From an uncultured Alphaproteobacteria bacterium (lineage in GTDB: Bacteria; Pseudomonadota; Alphaproteobacteria; RF32; CAG-239), in the NCBI GenBank assembly GCA_934276635.1, contig CAKQTH010000003.1, positions 3,063-67,062 on the forward strand: a stretch of DNA of 64,000 nucleotides. Direction: 5' to 3'. The notes beneath the pieces were generated by a model. It did no database searches. It saw only the letters and a list, made by a program, of their open reading frames with translations, and had not been told where the DNA came from. The number at the start of each line of letters is the position of its first letter. Position 1 is the first letter of the stretch. The position numbers were made by a program, and so were the translations under genes. This document shows, one piece after another, positions 60,215 to 64,000 of this stretch.

Positions 60215-60494
60215 ATTTATTCCCCTTCTGTTTGTATAGGTTAGTAGATGTTTTGTTTGTTTGCCCGTAGGCCTGAATCATTGCGGAAAGGTGAGGCTCT
60301 TTGGTTCCGGCCATAATACACAGACAGTGGCCGAGCACGATTGTCACCATAAACATAAGCGGGTTTATATTAAACGCTCCGACGCAAATGAACATAAAAG
60401 GAAACTGCAGACCCAAATTCAACAAGGTCGGCAGGAAAGGCCCCCATAATATTTTCGGAGGATTTGCTACGGCTTTCAGTATCATTTCGTGCAT
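60204..60494 (-). CDS. virB3: VirB3-like small inner-membrane protein (96 aa)
   Basis: Two hydrophobic helices, the right size, and a position immediately upstream of and overlapping virB4. AGAGGG lies upstream of the ATG. Confidence 0.75.
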   Translation of the reverse strand: MHEMILKAVANPPKILWGPFLPTLLNLGLQFPFMFICVGAFNINPLMFMVTIVLGHCLCIMAGTKEPHLSAMIQAYGQTNKTSTNLYKQKGNKFEP

Positions 60495-60525
60495 CAGATA
60501 ACCCTCTTTTTCCCTTTATAGAAAA

Positions 60526-60553
60526 ATTTTACCATAATCTTTTATTTATGCAA
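60526..60553 (-). promoter_or_regulatory. Candidate sigma70-type promoter of the T4SS operon
   Basis: Minus strand reads TTGCAT (60553..60548), 16-nt spacer, TAAAAT (60531..60526), about 30 nt upstream of the virB3 ATG and immediately after the rbfA terminator. Confidence 0.35.
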
Positions 60554-60554
60554 T

Positions 60555-60600
60555 AAAAAAAACGGTATACCACAAGTTATAGTATACCGCTTATTTTTTT
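60555..60600 (-). terminator. Rho-independent (bidirectional-looking) terminator after rbfA
   Basis: Perfect 8-bp stem CGGTATAC (60563-60570) / GTATACCG (60582-60589) with an 11-nt loop, flanked by an A8 run on one side and a T-rich run on the other. On the minus strand the stem is followed by U8. Confidence 0.7.
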
Positions 60601-60615
60601 AATCAGAAGTTAATA

Positions 60616-61011
60616 TTATTCGGCAAAAGCGTCTTTTTTTGCCAAATCAGAGGCAACTTTCGGACTTCTGAGAAGTTTTTCGATTTTATCGACTTCTTCA
60701 AAGCTCGAATCTTCTTCAAAACGCAAATCTGGCGTATAGCGCAGCTGAAGGCTGCTTCCGATTTGTTTTTTGAACTGCCACGAGGCCTCGTTCAAAAGTT
60801 TTATAACCTCTTTGATATCTTTGCCGTTCAAGGTCATCACAAATGCGGTGGCATATTTCAAATCCGGAGAAACCTGAACCTGTGTAACCGTAATAAACGC
60901 CTCGCTCAGCTTTGGATCGCGGAGCTCGCCTTTTTCTATCATCCTGGCAATAACCTTTTTAATTTCTTGTCCGACTCGCAGTTGTCTCTGCGATTGTTCT
61001 TTAACTACCAT
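60616..61011 (-). CDS. rbfA: Ribosome-binding factor A
   Basis: 131 aa, …RQLRVGQEIKKVIARMIEKGELRDP…VTQVQVSPDLKYATAFV…; lies downstream of infB. Confidence 0.93.
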   Translation of the reverse strand: MVVKEQSQRQLRVGQEIKKVIARMIEKGELRDPKLSEAFITVTQVQVSPDLKYATAFVMTLNGKDIKEVIKLLNEASWQFKKQIGSSLQLRYTPDLRFEEDSSFEEVDKIEKLLRSPKVASDLAKKDAFAE

Positions 61012-61026
61012 ATTTTTATCCTTTTC

Positions 61027-63531
61027 TTACAGCTTTGCGGCAATTTCTTCAATTTCATAACATTCGATATAGTCGCCGACCTGAATATCGTTATAGTTTT
61101 CAAAGCTCATACCGCATTCATAACCGCTCTTGACTTCTTTCACATCGTCCTTAAAGCGCTTGAGCTGTCCGATATCGCCGTCATGAATAACCACATTGTC
61201 GCGCAGCAGTCTGATTTTTGCACCGCGTTTGACAAAGCCTTCGGTAACCATGCAGCCACCGACTTTGCCGACTCCGGTAATGTTGTATACCTGACGAATT
61301 TCGGCATAACCCAAAATCTTTTCTTTAAGCGTCGGAGAAAGCATTCCCTCAAGAGCTTTTTTCACATCGTCCGCAACATCATAGATAATCGAATAATATC
61401 TGATATCAACACCATCGCGGCGGGCCATATCTCTGGCCTGCGGATTTGCACGGACATTAAAGCCGATAATAAAGGCGTTTGATGCTTTTGCCAAAGAAAT
61501 ATCCGATTCGGAAATCGGGCCTACCGCAGAATGCAAAATCTGAACATTAACTTCATCGTTTGACATTTTTTGCAATGTGCCCTCAAGAGCCTCAACCGAG
61601 CCCTGAACATCGGCTTTGATGACAATCGGCAAGTGTTTGATTTCACCTGATTTAATTTTATCCAACATTTGTTCCATCGCCGATTTTGCAGATTTAACCA
61701 GTTTTGCATCGCGTTCTTTGCGGATTCTGTATCCGGCAACTTCACGCGCCTGATTCTCGTCTGCCACAATCACGAAATCGTCACCGGCGGACGGTGTTCC
61801 CTGCAAGCCCAAAACCTCTACCGGAGTAGCCGGTCCAGCCTCTAATATCTTGTGGCCGTGTTCATTAAACATTGCACGAACGCGTCCCCATTCCTTTCCT
61901 GCAATAAAGACATCGCCGATATGAAGAGTTCCATTCTGAACCAAAACGGTTGCGACCGAACCGCGGCCTTTTTCCATTTTGGCCTCAATAACCGTACCTT
62001 CCGCCTTGCGATTCGGGTTGGCTTTCAAATCCAAAATTTCGGCTTGCAGCAATATTGCCTCAACTAACTTATCGATATTAATGCGCTTTTTGGCCGAAAC
62101 TTCCGCGCTCAGACATTCTCCGCCCATTTCTTCAACGGCGATACCGTGCTGCAGCAAAGCGGTTTTAACCTTCATCGGATCCGCACCCGGAAGATCAATC
62201 TTGTTGATTGCAACCACAATCGGAACTTCTGCGGCCTGAGCATGGCGGATAGCCTCAATTGTTTGCGGCATAATACCATCGTTTGCGGCAACCACCAGCA
62301 CAACAATATCCGTAACTTTTGCACCGCGGGCGCGCATTTCCGAAAACGCCTCGTGTCCAGGAGTATCAATAAATGTAATCTTGTGGCCGCCTTCTACCGT
62401 AATCTGATATGCACCGATGTGCTGCGTAATACCACCGGCCTCGTGCGATGCCACATTCGTTTCGCGCAGCGCGTCAAGCAACGATGTTTTACCGTGGTCA
62501 ACATGGCCCATTACCGTAACAACCGGCGGGCGAGGCATCAAATCTTCCGGTTTGTCGACCGGTCCTGCAATACCCTCTTCAACATCGCTGTCGGCAACTC
62601 TCTTAAATTTGTGTCCGAACTCTTCAACGATAATCTGCGCAGTATCGGCATCAATCGGCTGATTTATAGTCGCCATAACGCCGAGAGACATCAACTTTTT
62701 GATTACATCTGCGCTCTTTTCGGCCATACGATTGGCAAGTTCCTGAACAGTGATAACTTCCGGAATAACAACTTCCTTAATGATTTTTTCCTGCGGCGCC
62801 TGCTGAACTGCCGGTTTCGGCTGTTTTTTCTTAAAGCGGCGGCGCGGAGCATATCCGTAATCATCGTCATCATCACCGTCGGAAATGTTATACAGATTAA
62901 CTTTTCCGCCGCGTCTCGGCTGCTCAAAACTTCTTTTCGTAACCTTTTTGCGTTCTTGCTCAAAAACATCTTCACGGCTTGAAGATTTGTTGGAAACTTC
63001 ATTCTTTTTGCGATTGCCGAACGAACGATTTTCATCATCATCGTCGTCATCATAATCGCGAGATTTCTTTTCTTTATATTTTACAGCCGGTTGCTTTTCT
63101 TCTGCCAGTTTTGAAGTATTTAGCTGCGGCGCGGCTTTTTTCTCCGCCGCCCGTTCCTCTTTTTTCTTTTCTTCCGCCTCTGCTTTTTCTGCTGCCTCTT
63201 TTGCGGCTTTTTCTTCTTGCAAACGCTCGGCGTCCTGCTTTTGTTTCGCAGCTTCTTCTTTTTGCTTTTGGCGGGCAGCCTCTTTCTCTTTTTCTTCCTG
63301 TTCGCGTTTTGCCTCATATTCCTTAGCTTCGGCAATCAGCTTCAACTTTGCAGCTGTTGCTTCATCAATTTTTGCGGCATGCTCCGTCGGCTGTGCGCCG
63401 ATAATGCGTTTTTTGCGCACTTCTACCTGCACAACCTTTCGGCCGTCAGAAACTGCCGGCTTGCCCAAATTTTTGAGGGTAAGGGTTGATTTTCCCGATA
63501 ATGTTAATTTTTTGCCTGCATTATCTGTCAT
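61027..63531 (-). CDS. infB: Translation initiation factor IF-2
   Basis: 834 aa with a Lys/Glu-rich N-terminus and a GTPase domain ([17 protein letters not shown]…DTPGHEAF…NKID). Confidence 0.97.
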   Translation of the reverse strand: MTDNAGKKLTLSGKSTLTLKNLGKPAVSDGRKVVQVEVRKKRIIGAQPTEHAAKIDEATAAKLKLIAEAKEYEAKREQEEKEKEAARQKQKEEAAKQKQDAERLQEEKAAKEAAEKAEAEEKKKEERAAEKKAAPQLNTSKLAEEKQPAVKYKEKKSRDYDDDDDDENRSFGNRKKNEVSNKSSSREDVFEQERKKVTKRSFEQPRRGGKVNLYNISDGDDDDDYGYAPRRRFKKKQPKPAVQQAPQEKIIKEVVIPEVITVQELANRMAEKSADVIKKLMSLGVMATINQPIDADTAQIIVEEFGHKFKRVADSDVEEGIAGPVDKPEDLMPRPPVVTVMGHVDHGKTSLLDALRETNVASHEAGGITQHIGAYQITVEGGHKITFIDTPGHEAFSEMRARGAKVTDIVVLVVAANDGIMPQTIEAIRHAQAAEVPIVVAINKIDLPGADPMKVKTALLQHGIAVEEMGGECLSAEVSAKKRINIDKLVEAILLQAEILDLKANPNRKAEGTVIEAKMEKGRGSVATVLVQNGTLHIGDVFIAGKEWGRVRAMFNEHGHKILEAGPATPVEVLGLQGTPSAGDDFVIVADENQAREVAGYRIRKERDAKLVKSAKSAMEQMLDKIKSGEIKHLPIVIKADVQGSVEALEGTLQKMSNDEVNVQILHSAVGPISESDISLAKASNAFIIGFNVRANPQARDMARRDGVDIRYYSIIYDVADDVKKALEGMLSPTLKEKILGYAEIRQVYNITGVGKVGGCMVTEGFVKRGAKIRLLRDNVVIHDGDIGQLKRFKDDVKEVKSGYECGMSFENYNDIQVGDYIECYEIEEIAAKL

Positions 63532-63549
63532 GTACTTAATTTCTCCACT

Positions 63550-64000
63550 TTAACCTTTTAGATTTTCATCACGGAAAAACTTTTCCGCTTTTTGATATTC
63601 GGACAATGCCGATTTTGCCATTTTTCCCTTCAAAAAGGCGGCATGAACAGTGTTCACCCGATTTGTTGCCTTGTCCAATTCTTCAATTGTATAAAACGAG
63701 AACACCGGAACATTTTTGCATAGCGATGCGATTTTGTTTTTGCCGTCAGCGCCGGCATCAGACGCCTCAAGCACAAATTCAACATTGCCGCGCACCAACT
63801 GTTCGCGAACCTTTTCAAAGCCAAAAACCAAAGCTCCGGCCTTGCGTGCCAGATTTAAGAACTCCAGTCCTCGGTTATGCATCATATTTTCGACTATTTC
63901 GCATATTTTGTCCTCTCCGGCCAAATTTTTGCGAACAGCCTTAGAAAAAAGCTTTTTTTCAGACGCCGCTTGCAGCATAGCGCGAGAATTTGTGACATAA
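63550..64000 (-). CDS. YlxR/L7Ae-like RNA-binding protein of the nusA-infB operon, probably 5'-truncated by the window edge
   Basis: The track ORF is 63550..63978, but the frame stays open to position 64000 (…YVTNSRA before the ATG). The segment …ARKAGALVFGFEKVREQLVRGNVEFVLEASDAGADG… resembles the L7Ae-like half of the alphaproteobacterial DUF448-type protein found between nusA and infB. Confidence 0.6.
   Translation of the reverse strand, partial: YVTNSRAMLQAASEKKLFSKAVRKNLAGEDKICEIVENMMHNRGLEFLNLARKAGALVFGFEKVREQLVRGNVEFVLEASDAGADGKNKIASLCKNVPVFSFYTIEELDKATNRVNTVHAAFLKGKMAKSALSEYQKAEKFFRDENLKG

Noticed and set aside
36695-60494. The T4SS locus as an integrative conjugative element or plasmid remnant
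   Set aside because: No integrase, relaxase, coupling protein, flanking tRNA gene or direct repeats are visible. By eye the composition resembles the flanks, and the genes abut housekeeping genes without spacer DNA.

Overview
The window looks like housekeeping chromosome from an alphaproteobacterium, probably an intracellular Rickettsiales/Holosporales-like lineage. That assignment is my inference from adk sitting between secY and rpsM, the lptD-surA-rsmA block, a Mic60/HemX-like gene beside tsaD, and an rvh-type virB8-virB7-virB8-virB9-virB10-virB11 order.

Positions 1-22046 (minus strand) hold rpoC (5' part), rpoB, a ~2.9-kb island of small unknown genes, gene debris and a short-motif array, and then a complete alpha-spc-S10 ribosomal superoperon (rpoA back to rpsJ). 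rplQ is missing after rpoA and rplKAJL is missing before rpoB.

Positions 22354-36692 hold a 10-TM permease, hemW, rsmA, a surA-like gene, lptD, an lptF/G-family permease, grpE, a long glycogen-synthase-like GT5 gene, nth, tsaD, a Mic60/HemX-like membrane protein, and a translationally coupled ADP-dependent sugar-kinase-family gene, which is unusual for bacteria.

The standout is 36695-60494, one tightly packed ~23.8-kb minus-strand type IV secretion operon. VirB3, VirB4, two VirB8, VirB7, VirB9, VirB10 and VirB11 are recognisable. The VirB5/VirB6 slot instead holds five signal-peptide, helix-rich proteins (224 to 1565 aa). VirB9 carries a C-terminal SPOR-like domain. VirB10 is a 1409-aa protein with a Sec signal peptide and about 950 aa of short hairpin-type repeats. 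It is preceded by a 1144-aa protein with a single N-terminal membrane anchor, built from the same repeat. No VirB1, VirB2, VirB6, VirD4, relaxase or integrase is visible.

The window ends with rbfA, infB and a ylxR/L7Ae-like gene.

All calls come from reading the ORF track and the sequence by eye. No searches or computations were run.
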